This document shows, in pieces, positions 23,901 to 35,900 of a stretch of 64,000 nucleotides of DNA. Under the pieces are notes generated by a model, which ran no database searches, was not told where the DNA came from, and saw only the letters and a program-made list of their open reading frames with translations. The position numbers and the translations under genes are program-made. Every line of letters begins with the position of its first letter. Position 1 is the first letter of the stretch. Where the stretch lies: assembly GCF_963921235.1 (NCBI RefSeq), contig NC_086109.1, positions 2,604,001-2,668,000 on the forward strand. Reading direction: 5' to 3'. This stretch comes from Mobula hypostoma. Its lineage: Eukaryota.

Positions 23901-26900
23901 ATTCAGGAAAAGAGACATCAAATGCTTACCAGAAAAGGCTCCCTTTATCCTCCTGCCAATCAGCTAATGCTCAATCCATGCTAGTATCTTTCCTGTAATC
24001 CCATGGGCTCTTGTTAAAAGCCTCATATGTGTCAACTTGTCAAAGGCTTTCTGAGAATCCAACTACACAACCTCCACTAATTCTCCTTTGTCTGTCCTGC
24101 CTATCATTTCTTTAAAGAATTTCTACAGAATTGTCAGGCGAGATTATCCCTTCAGGAAACAAAGCTGACTTTGGCTTATTTCATCATGTGCCTCCAAGTA
24201 CCTGAAACCACATCCTTAACAAACGATTCCAACATCTTCCCAAGCACTGAGATAAGACTAATTGGCCTATAATTCCCTTCCTTCTGCTTCTCTCCCTTCT
24301 TGAAGAGTGGAGTGACATCTGAAATTTTCCACACCTTTGGACCCATGCCATTTTCCATTGATTTTTCAAAGATGATTACTGATGTCTCCACAATCTCTTC
24401 AGCCACCTTATTCAGAATCTTTGTGTGTAATCCAACTGGTCCAGGTGAGTTGTGTACCGTCAGATCTTTCAGTTTCGCAAGCACCTTCTTCATTGTAATG
24501 GCAACTTCTCACCCTTCCTTCCCCTATCGCTATCAAACCTTCGGCATACTGCTGTTGTCTTTCACAGTAAACAATGAAGCAAAATACTAACACGAGGAAA
24601 TCTGCAGATGCTGGAAATTCAAGCTTGCTGGTTATTTCACGCACATCTGCTCTCACCCCATCCTCCTGCCACCCCACTAGGAATAGGGTTCCCCTTGTCC
24701 TCACCTTCCAGCCCACCACCCTCCGGGTCCAACATATAATTCTTCGTAACTTCCGCCACCTCCAACGGGATCCCACCATTAAGCACATCTTTCCCTCCCC
24801 CCACTTTCTGCTTTCCGCAGAGATTGCTCCCTAAACGACTCTCTTGTCCATTTGTCCCCCCACCTCCCTTCCCACCAATATCCCTCTTGGCATTTATCCT
24901 TGTAAGTGGAACAAGTGCTACACCTGCCCTTACACTTCCTCCCTCACCACCATTCAGGGCCCCAGACAGTCCTCCCAGGTGAGGCGACACTTCACCTGTG
25001 AGTTGGCTGGGGTGATATACTGCGTCTGGTACTCCCAGTGCTGCCTTCTATATAATGGCGAGTCCCGACACAGGCTGCGAGACCGTTTCGCTGAACACCT
25101 ATGCTCTGTCCACCAGAGAAAGCAAGATCTCCCAGTGGCCACACATTTTAATTCCACATCCCATTCCCATTCTGACATGTCTATCCATGGCCTCTTCTAC
25201 TGTCAAGATGAAGCCACACTCGGGTTGGAGGAACAACACCTTGTATTCCGTCTGGGTAGCCTCCAACCTGATGGCATGAACATTGACTTCTCTAACTACC
25301 GTTAATGCCCCTCCTCCCCTTCGTACCCTATCCCTTATTTATTTATTTATTCCTCTCCCCCCCCCCTTTTTCTGTCTCTCTTTTTTCTCCCTCTGTCCCT
25401 CTCACTATAACTCCTTGCATGCTCTCCATCCTCTGGGCTCCCCTCCCCCTTTCTTTCTCCCCAGGCCTCCCGTCCCATGATTCTCTTCCTTCTCCTGCCT
25501 CGTATCCCTTTTGCCAATCACCTGTCCAGCTCTTGGCTCCATCCCTCCCCCTCCTGTCTTCTCCTATCATTTCAGATCTCCCCCTCCCACTCCCACTTCC
25601 AAATCTCTTACTAGCTCTTCCTTCAATTAGTCCTGACGAAGGGCCTCGGCCCGAAACATCGACTGTACCTCTTCATTTAGATGCTGCCTGGCCTGCTGCG
25701 TTCCACCAGCATTTTGTGTGTGAAGCAAAATACTACTTCAGTTCATCCACCATTTACTTGTCCCCCATTGCTATTACTCCAGCATCATTTTCCAGCAGCA
25801 CAATATCGATTCTTGCCTCTCTTTTACTCCTTATATATCTGCAGAAACATTCAGTATCCTCTGAAGTATTATTGGCTAGTTTATCTTCATATTCCATCTT
25901 TACCTTCCTTTTGATATTTTAAATTGCCTTCTGGTGGTTTTTAAAAACTTGCCAATCCTCTCACTTCCCAGTAATTTTTGCTCTATTGTGTGCCCTCTCT
26001 TCAGCTTTTATGTTGGCTTTGAATTCCCTTTCACCCACAGTTGCTTCATCCTGCCTTTGGAAGATTTCTTCGTTGGGATGTATATATCCAGAACTTCCAA
26101 TTTCCTCTCAGAAACTCCAGCCACTGTTGCTCTGTTGTCATCCCTGCTAGAGACCCTTCCAATCAGTTTGGGCCAGCTCCTCCCTCACGCCTCTGAAATT
26201 CCCGTTACTCCACTATAATACTGATACATCTGACTTTAGCTTCTCTCTCTGAAACTGCAGGGTGAATTCTATTATATTATGATCACTGCTCCTGAAGGAG
26301 ATCTTTACCTTAAGCTCGCTATCAATTCTGGTTCTGTGCACAATGCCCAATCCAGAATACCCCTAGTGGACTCAACCACAAGCTGCCCTAAAAAGCCATA
26401 TTGTAGGTATTCCACAAATTCCCCCTCTTGGGTTCCAGCACCAATCTGATTTTCCTGATAAAAGTCCACATTGAAATTCCCCATGATTGTTGTAACATTG
26501 CCCTTCTGACGTGCATTTTCCATGGTAATCTGTAGCTCACATCTTTGTTGCTGTTTGGAGGTCTGTGTATAACTTCCATTAGGATCTTTTTACCCTTGCA
26601 GTTTCTTTGATCGACCCAAAATGATTCTACACTTTCTGATCCTATACCACCTCTTCCAAATGACTTGATTTCATTTCTTACCAATAGAGCTACCCCACCC
26701 CCTCTGCCCGACTACCTGCCCTTTCAACACAGTGGCTGGGATGTTCAGCTCCCAGCTATAATCTTCTTTCAGCCCTGATTCAGTGATGTCCACAACATCA
26801 TAAATGCCAATCTCTAACTGTGCTGCAAGTTCATCTACCTTACTCCATATACAGCGTGCATTCAAATATAACACCTTCAGTCCTGTATTCATCATGACTT

Positions 26901-29900
26901 TGTCTCTCTTTAACATTGCAACTCATCATTCATGGTGTCTGTGAATCTCCAGCCCTCTGCTCAGGGAAATCCCTCCTTCCCATTTACTCTGTTCAGGCCT
27001 CTCGTTATTTTGCACCCTCCATAGTCTCCTGCTCGATATCCCCTGTTCCAAGCAAAAGCAACCCAGACACTCTGATCTTTCCTCTCAATAATAATGTTCC
27101 AAGCCCTGCAACAGTTTGGTAAATTCCCCCTTCACCCTCCAAGAGTGACCCAGTCTGTCCCGGGATGTGGTGAACATACTCGTCTCAGTGTCGAACTGTG
27201 TTCAAGCTGCGGTTGGCCACCGTTCCAGCGTCCTGTCCCGATCTCACCCTCCCTGTGTCTCAGCTAAAGAAGCCATCTGAATGTTTACCCCCTTATTCAC
27301 CTGTCCCGTAACCTTTATGATCAGGATACATACACTCAAAGCCCCCTCTGTCCCTCCTCCCACTCGCACTCTCAGTCTGGCATTGACTCAGCCTCACTAC
27401 ACTGGGACCGTGAGTCCTGCTCTGGACCCCGGAAGTCAGTGGGGTTCAGTAAACAGGGGAACACACAGGATCTGCCCTCACCCAGTAACTAGGGGTGTTT
27501 CAGGAATGGGTGAAAGCCGGGCCCCTCTGTGGTGTCTCACTCACCGTACACCTCCAGTCGCACTGTTGTTTTATTTATCCCGAGTTCACTCACAGTTTTT
27601 CACCCATTCCCAAACAATCTCTGCCCACCCTATTTTCTGGATTGGGTCCCATTTGACATGTTCATGTCCTAGCTGCCTCCCCCAACCTGGCTGCAGGCTG
27701 TAACTTTCTTCCTCAGGGCGGGGTACAGAGAGTCTTCACTCTGTTCCCCACCCCCATGGGCTCACTGTGTGGCGTAGGATCTGTGGGCCAGCTGTCTCAC
27801 AGGGCTGGGAGACAGACGATGGGCCGTACGGCCTGTTGCTATATCAGTGATTCTCACAGCTCTGATTCCTCCACCAGTCACTGAGCTGATCTGCTGACTG
27901 TCTCCTCTTGTCTCCTCAGCTGGGACTGGGGCTCCCCCGACCACCGTGAACGGAACTCGGGGACACTCGGTCTCCTTACCTCCTGGGATCCCAGTCGGAC
28001 CGGACGATGCTGAGGTTTGGTGGAATCGGGTATCACCCAGAATCATGATAGTGAAGTACTGGAAGGGTAACGTTAGCTATTTCGGTCCTGAGGAGTACAA
28101 GCGACGGATAACCTTTCATCCTGGGGACTTCAGTCTGGAAATCCATGATCTACGGAGAGAGGACTCTGGTGATTATGAGGTGATGTTTGCAGCAGCAGTT
28201 TCAGGAGCTGAAAATAAAACAACAATGCGACTGGAGGTGTACGGTGAGTGAGACACCGCGGAGGGGCTCGGGTTTCACCAGTTCCTGAAACATTCCTAAT
28301 TAATGGGTGAGGGCAGATCCTGTGTGTCCCCCTGTTTACTGAACCCCACTCCACCATACTAGGGGAGACTCGAGTAGCAGCAGAACTCTCAATAGATATG
28401 ATTAAATATTCCCGTTTCAGCCTGTTATAGCTGAAAAGCACAACTGCTTCCAAGTTCAGTACAGTCAACAAAGCTGTCTTAATGCGTTTAAACGAACTAT
28501 TCCTGCTTAAAACCGACGGAAAAAACACAGTCTGTGGTCGGAAGTGCCCACGGAGAAAACCTCGGAGGAAGCGAGAGTGAAGATCAGGATTACAAGTGAG
28601 TTTAAGGAAACGGGGTTTTAAACTCCCCAGACTGACGGTCTTGCTGGCGAACGTGCAGTCTCTGGTGAATAAATTCAATGATCTCAGAGCCAGGGTGCTG
28701 GATCAGAGGGACATTAGGACCGCGTGTGTCCTTTGTTTCACGGAATCCTGGTTAACCCCTTCCCTACCGGATGCAGTGATTCAGATGGACGGGTTTACTC
28801 TTCACCGCCAGAATTGGTCTATAGAGTCTATCAAAAGCAGAGGTGGAGGAGTTTGCCTCATGATCAGTTCTTCTTGGTGCACAAATATATCAGTGCTGTC
28901 CCAATTCTGCTCTCCAGACCTGGAATATCTAGCAGTAAAGTGTCATCATTTTTACCCACCACGGGAGTTCTCTGGGGTCATTCTGGTAACAGTTTACATT
29001 CCACCTCAGGCCAATGTCGAGCAGGCTTTAGATGATCTGAGCAATGGGATCAACATGCACGAAACAGCGCACCCTAACGCCTTCACCATCGTTTTGGGAG
29101 ATTTTAACCAGGCCAGTCTGAAATAAAATCACTAAGCAATTCCCATCAACAGGTCACTTGCAACACCAGAGGAAACAACACACTGGACCATTGTTACACC
29201 ACCATCAAGAATGCCTACCGTGCTAATCCACGCCCTCACTTCGGGAATCTGATAACCTGGCTGTACTTCTACTCCCTGAGTACAGGCAGAGACTGAAGAC
29301 TGCAGCACCAGTAGTGAGGACCAAGAAGGTTTGGACAAGGGAAGCACAGGAGTGTCTACAGGACTGCCTTGAATCGGTGGACTGGACTGTATTCAGGGAT
29401 TTATCTTTGAATCTGGATGAATATGCTGCATTTGTTACCGACTTCATTCAAACCTGTGCGGATGGGTGTGTGCCTACAAAGACTTACTGTACATTCCCAA
29501 ACCAAAAGCTGTGGATGAACCAGGAGGTACATCATCTGCTGAAGACTAGATCTGTGGCATTCAAGTCTGGCAACCCAGACCTGTAGCAGAAAACCAGGTA
29601 TGATTTGTGGAGGCTACTTCAAGGGTGAAGAGACAATTTCAAACGAGGTTGCAGGTGGTATCAGATGCACAGCAACTCTGGCAGGGACTGCAAGACATTA
29701 CTTCCTACAAAGCGAAACCCAGTAGTGTGAATGGCAGCGAAGCTTCACTACCAGATGAACTCAACGCCTTCTATGCACGCTTTGAAAGGGAGAACACAAC
29801 TAGCTGTGAAGATCCCTGCCGCACCTGATGACCCTGTGATCTCTGTTTCAGAAACCGATGTTAGACTGTCTCCAAAGTGAGTGAACCCTCGCAGAGCAGA

Positions 29901-32900
29901 AGGTCCCGATGTAGTACCTGCTAAGGCTCTGAAAACCTGTGCCAACCAAATAGCGGGAGTATTCAAGGATATTTTGAACCTCTCACTGCTACGGGCAGAA
30001 GTTCCCTCTTGCTACAAAAAGGGAATAATTATACCAGTGTCAAAGAAGAATAATGTGGGCTGCCTTAGTGACTATCGCCAGGTAGCACTTACATTAATAG
30101 TGATGAAATGCTTTGAGAGATTGGTTATGACTAGACTGAACTCCTGCCTCAGCAAGGACCTGGACCCACTGCAATTTGCCTATCACCACAACAGGTCAAT
30201 AGCAGACGCAACCTCATTGGCTCTCCACACGACTTTAGACCAACATTTCCGCAATCCGGATTGAGAAGTTGCAGAACCTGGGCCTCTGAACCTCTCTCTG
30301 CAACTGGATCCTAAACTTCGAAACTAGAAGGCCACAGTCTGTGTGGATCGGTGATAACATCTCCTCCTTGCTGACAATCAACACTGGCGCACTTCAGGTG
30401 TGTGTGCTTAGCCCACTGCTCTAATCTCTCTCTCTATATATACATACACATGACTGTGTGGCTAGGCATAGCTCAAATACCATCTATAAATTTGCTGATG
30501 ATACAAGCATTGTTGTTAGAATCTCAGGTGGTGACAAGGGGGTGTACAGGAGTGAGATATGAGATATGCCAACTAGTGGAATGGTGCCACAGCAACAATC
30601 TGGCACTCAATGTCAGTAAGATGAAAGAGCTGATTGTAGACTTCAGGAAGGGTAAGATGAAGGAACACATACCGATCCTCACAGAGGGATCAGAAGTGGA
30701 GAGAGCGAGCAGTTTCAAGTTCCTGGGTGTCAACATCTCTGAGGATCTAACCTGGTCCCAACATATTGATGCAGTCATAAAGAAGGCAAGACAGCAGCTA
30801 TACTTTATCAGGAGTTTGAAGAGTTTTGGCACGTCAATAATACACTCAAAAACTTCTATAGTTGTATTGTGGAGAGCATTCTGACAGGCTGCATCACTGT
30901 CTGGTATGGAGGGGCTACTGCACAGGACTGAAAGAAGCTGCAGAAGGTTGTAAATCTAGTCAGCTCCATCCTGGGCACTAGCCTACAAAGTACCCAGGAC
31001 ATCTTTAGGGAGCAGTGACTCAGAAAGGCAGTGTCTATTATTAAAGACCTCCAGCACCCAGGGCATGTCCTTTTCTCACTGCCACTAAGTTAACAAATTT
31101 CACATCCCATGCTGGTGATAATAAACCTGATTCTGATTCTAACTGTCCGTGGCCAGATCTGGGCTCATGGTCCCAGTGTATTGTGGCTGAGTCAATGTGA
31201 GTCTGGGGGACACATTCACCACATCCCCGGAGACTGGACCAGAGGCTGTGCAGGATTCACCAGCAAAGTCCACGTGGCTCTGAGACTGGAGGGGCTGAGC
31301 ACACAAGGTGCAGGTAATGAGGGGGATAGGTTGATGGGATAGGAGGGGGCTGGAGTGGTTGGGCTCAGCGGTATAGACCATAAGATAAAGGATCAGAATT
31401 AGGCCATTCAGCCCATTGATTCTGCCCCACCATTCAATCATATTACTTCTCTTAGCCCCATTTTCCTGCCTTCTCTGTAACCTTTCATGCCCTGACTAAT
31501 ATCGAACCCATGAACCTTCACTTCAAATATACCAAATGGTGGCCTCCATAGCATTCTGTTACAATGAATTCCACACATTCTCAACACTCTGGCTACAGGA
31601 ATTCCCTCTCACCTCTGTTCTAAATGAATGTGCCTCTATTCGAAGGCTGTGGCCCCTGGTCCCAGACTCTCTCACTACAGAAAACATCTTCTCCACATCC
31701 ACTCTAACAAGGCTTTTTAATATTCGAAAGCTTTCAATGAGATTCCCCCTGACTCATACTGCTAAATTCCAGTGAGTACAGCCCCAGGGCCATTCAATTC
31801 TCCTCATATGTTAATCCTTTCACTCCTTAAACAAATCCTGAGAACCTCCTCTCGCCTATCTCCAGTACCAGCATATCATTTCTTCGATAAGGGATCCAGA
31901 ACCACTCACAATACTCCAAGTACGGTCTGACCAATGTCTAATGAAGCCTCAGGATTTCATCCTTATCAGTGTTCTGTATCTGTGGGTCACAGTTCAACAG
32001 ATCCCACTGTATCCCCCGGTCAAAGGCCTGGTCTGTCATGTACATGGACTCCAGTTATTCCATAGGTTTCTCAAAGTGCTGCTTGTTAATTCCCCAGACT
32101 GAGGTCTGAGCTCAGCAAGGTGTTTATTCCTCAGCCTTCATGCTGATCTGTGCTGAGTGAGACCCTGTGTATTTATCACACTGGAGCAGGGATCCAATCG
32201 CAGACCCAGTACTGTGCACACAGTGATATTAATTGAGTAACAAATCCCAAGGTCCAAACAAAGTTGGTGTCGAAGTTCAGGCAGAGATCAAAACATCCAG
32301 AGAAATCCAAAAACCAACATCGGGAGACTGGCAGAGTTGATACTCAGACGGACAGGGTACAGATACAAATGCTGGAAAGACTCAGGAAAATTCACTGGCA
32401 CAATCTGGTGAAATCACAGGACTGAAATACACCGAGAATAAACAGAGAGGCCTGATAGGTGGAGCACAATGAGACACGGGGCATCAAAACAGGTAATAAT
32501 GAGAAACAGGTGAGAGACGGAGTACTCAGTAATACAGGGGCCGGAGTAGAGCAGGAGCGGGGACAGGAGCACATAGCAATACAAAAGCACAGACTGACAG
32601 CTGGGGTGAAACACACAAAAAGACAGAGTTCAACTGGAGGTACTGACACATTGGCAAGCCGGGGTGTAGTATTATTCACCGCACAATAACCCTTGGGAAG
32701 AAGCTGCTTTTCACTTTTACTGTCTTGGCTGGGAAGTTTCTGTATCTCCGGCGAGATGGCAGGAGATTGAACAGTGTCTGGGGTGGGATGGGTCTTTAAT
32801 GATGTTATGAGTGCAACACAGGTACTGAGAGTTGTAGATTGTCTCCAGATCCAGTCGTTGTCACCTGTTCTTTGTGAGCTGTCTTGCTGCAGCAGCGTCT

Positions 32901-35900
32901 ACAGGGTTAACAATGTGCCATTCTTTTATTTAAATAAATTTCTAATGATCATAAGATCCCACTTTCCATTAAGAACTTAAAAGTACTGCAGGTCTGAACC
33001 ATCAGCGAGTTGCTCACTGGCGGAGAAAATGAAGTTGCTCGCTGGTTGAGAAATGCTGCTGCCGGAGCTGATGGAGGCCTACAGTCTAATAGCGAGTAGC
33101 CGTCTTGTTATCACAAAACCCTTCTGAATGTTGTTAATATGGTATGTCACAAGTTCAATTCGCTGATGTGTCGGAGGGGAGCAGGAGTGAATGTTGGCAG
33201 AACCACATGACCTTGCTTGAAGCGAGATCCGGGCCTCAAGCCATGGTGTCACCTATTTGCAGCCGGCAGGAGAGAGGCGTCAAAGCCGGTGTGGTCCATA
33301 GGGGGCGGTGTGGTGCAGCGTCCAGGACAGAGTCGGTGCTGTCTTCCCTGACCTTCACTTGGCAGAAGACAAGCTCTGTTGTTGTTGACTGCAGATCTGG
33401 TGGCATTCAATGCACTCAGGGTCTCAAGCCGTGGGGTTGACTGTTTTACTGTGTGACTGTTGTACTGTGTTTTCCACCTTGACCCTGGAGTAACGTTGTT
33501 TCGTTTGGCTGGATTCATGTCAGGTCGAATGACAATTAAGCTTGAAATGAATTGAATCTTTGGGGCAGATTAGCTCTCCTTAAGCACCTTGGGTAGTGTA
33601 GTCACTGTTGTGCCTTCTCTACTGTCGAGGTTGTGTTGATGGACCAAGGGAGCTCCTCGGTGATGTTCATCCACAAAACCTTGAAACTGGAGACGCTTTC
33701 CACTACTTCACCATTTTGGTTCCTCTTGCCTCCCTGAAGGACAAAACTGAAAGAAAGGAAGATTTATTTGCAAGGAGACACTTTTCTGAGTGGACAGTGG
33801 AAGATACTGGGTGAGAGGATGACAGACTGAAGGGATCTGTGACTGAAAGTGACATAATCGGTCCAACCGGAGAGCTCCCTCCTTACCCCGGTCACTTGCT
33901 CAGTTTTACTGGTGCAGACATTCTGTCAACTTCTTGAACATTCAAGAGGCTCCAACTGACCTGGGTGAAGGAGCCTCTCCCAAGCTGCAGGGTCAGTGTA
34001 GAGAGATCACCGACATGTCCCTTGTGTTCCTGTCTTCACTCTCATTTTCCCATCTCTCTGTGATTGGTTCTACAGTATATTGCCATGTTGTCTGTGATTC
34101 TGCAGTAATTGGCAGTGTCGGTGATAAAAACAACATCATATTGATACTCATCCATGAGATTCTGCAGATGCTGGAAATCCAGAGCAACGCACACAAAATG
34201 CTGAAGGAACTCTGCAGCTCAGGCAGCATCTATGGAGAGGAAGACCCTTCTTCAGAATTGGAATTGAAGGGAGAATACCACAGATAAAATGATGGGGGTG
34301 GTGGTCAGGGATGGAGGGCTAGCTAGAGGAGACAGGTGAAACCAGGTGTGCGGGGAAGGTAAAGAACTGGAGAGGAATGAATCTGACAGGAGAGGAAACA
34401 GACCATGGGAGAAAGGGAAGGAGGAGGGACAGCAGGGGGAGGTGACAGGCGGCTGAGGAAAAGACAGAAGAGGCTAGAGTGGGGAATGGTAGACATAGTG
34501 AGCCAAATGACTGACAGTGTCAGATCCAACCACGGTTCTACAGTTCCGGTTAATCCTGTGGCCATGTCACCTTTCAGGATGTTGGTTTGAAAAAACGGAC
34601 AGAAAAGCCCTGGATAGCCAATTATGACAATTGGGGTCTTTGTGAAAGCAGTGGCTGGAGGTGTTGGCCCTCCAGCCTCTATGGTATCTGGGAAGCTGTG
34701 TTCTCCCTGATGGCTGAGGGGGTTATGTCCCTGACCCTGAACTGATGAATCACAAGTGAAATGTCCGAGACAATCTCGCACGATTATACTGCACCAACTT
34801 TGATGCTTCCTGAGTAGAAGGTAGCAACACAGTCTGCAGCCAGGTCGGTTCCTCTGAACCCAAACCAGCCCCTTTCCCAGTACCCCGGGGGCCCCTTTCC
34901 CAATACCCCGGGAGATTTGAAAAGAAAGTAAAATAATGAAACTAATTGTGATTCAGTAGTGAGGATAGTGCCCAGTGGAGTTCTCTCTGTGTGTGGGTCC
35001 TGCCCCTTTACACTGGGGTCCTGGGGTGGAGAGTATTGCAAAGAGCAGTACCGGGCAACGGATTCCTAAGCCAGTTTCCGGGCACCCACGCTGTTCTCCC
35101 TTTCTGTGGCTGGGATGAGTCTATCAGTCTGTGGACTCCTCCCGTTTTGGCTCCGCTTCAGCCTCACACTCCGGAACTTCAGACACACAAAGTGCGAGTG
35201 TTGGTGGGTTGTTCAGGGGATCGCCTGGTCCGTTTGCTTGTGTCCTTCCCAAGTTGCCCATTCAAGGTTCCAGGTAGTGGGCAGTCGATGGCTCTGCAGA
35301 AACCAACTGTCAACCTCGGACTGGCCACCAGAGGGAGGCAGAGATGAGAAGGCCAACTCCTTCCTGCCCACCTTATTCACCTATTTTAGTTCACTGTTAT
35401 CACCTGTGATTATATTTGCAGTCTGATTTTAATGCCTGGTCCTTTGTTTCTTTGTTCAGTCTGAGAATCTTTTGATTGATGTGATGTCCATTGCCATATT
35501 AATCTGTCTCTGCTTACAGCGAGGGTGAATCTTTTGCCCCAGATCCCAGCACTGTCTCTGTGACTGACTCCCCATTCTGACACTTTGTTTCCCCGCTCAG
35601 AATGTGTCACATCACCAGAATGGAATTAACTTCCTGGTTCCAGCCCGATCTGTGTGTTAATGAGTGGCTCTGTGGTGGAGGGGGTGTGTACCCAGGATCT
35701 GAACAGTGCCTGTTTCACCAGACAGTCCCAGTCTGGGTCTGTGTCGATCACAGCCCCAGGGCTGCTGCTCTTGGACCAGATTCCGGCTGGTCTGGGTGGG
35801 ACACACTCAGGTGTCGAAGGGACATTGGGACCAGTTACATTAGTGACAACAGTTGTGAACTGGAGAGAGTTGCTGGGCTACAGAACCATAAATAGGATAC

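Larger units (their letters stand above)
23515..26910 (-). mobile_element. CR1 LINE ORF2 (APE to 3' end), interrupted by a Penelope element
   Basis: APE start [14 protein letters not shown] (26671-26916), IMGNFN (26305-26523) and [12 protein letters not shown] (24176-24493). Frameshifted. Confidence 0.85.

Noticed and set aside
28130-28678. 182-aa minus-strand ORF overlapping the V exon and Rex1 5' end
   Set aside because: It spans an exon, an intron and a TE junction antisense, so a chance frame.
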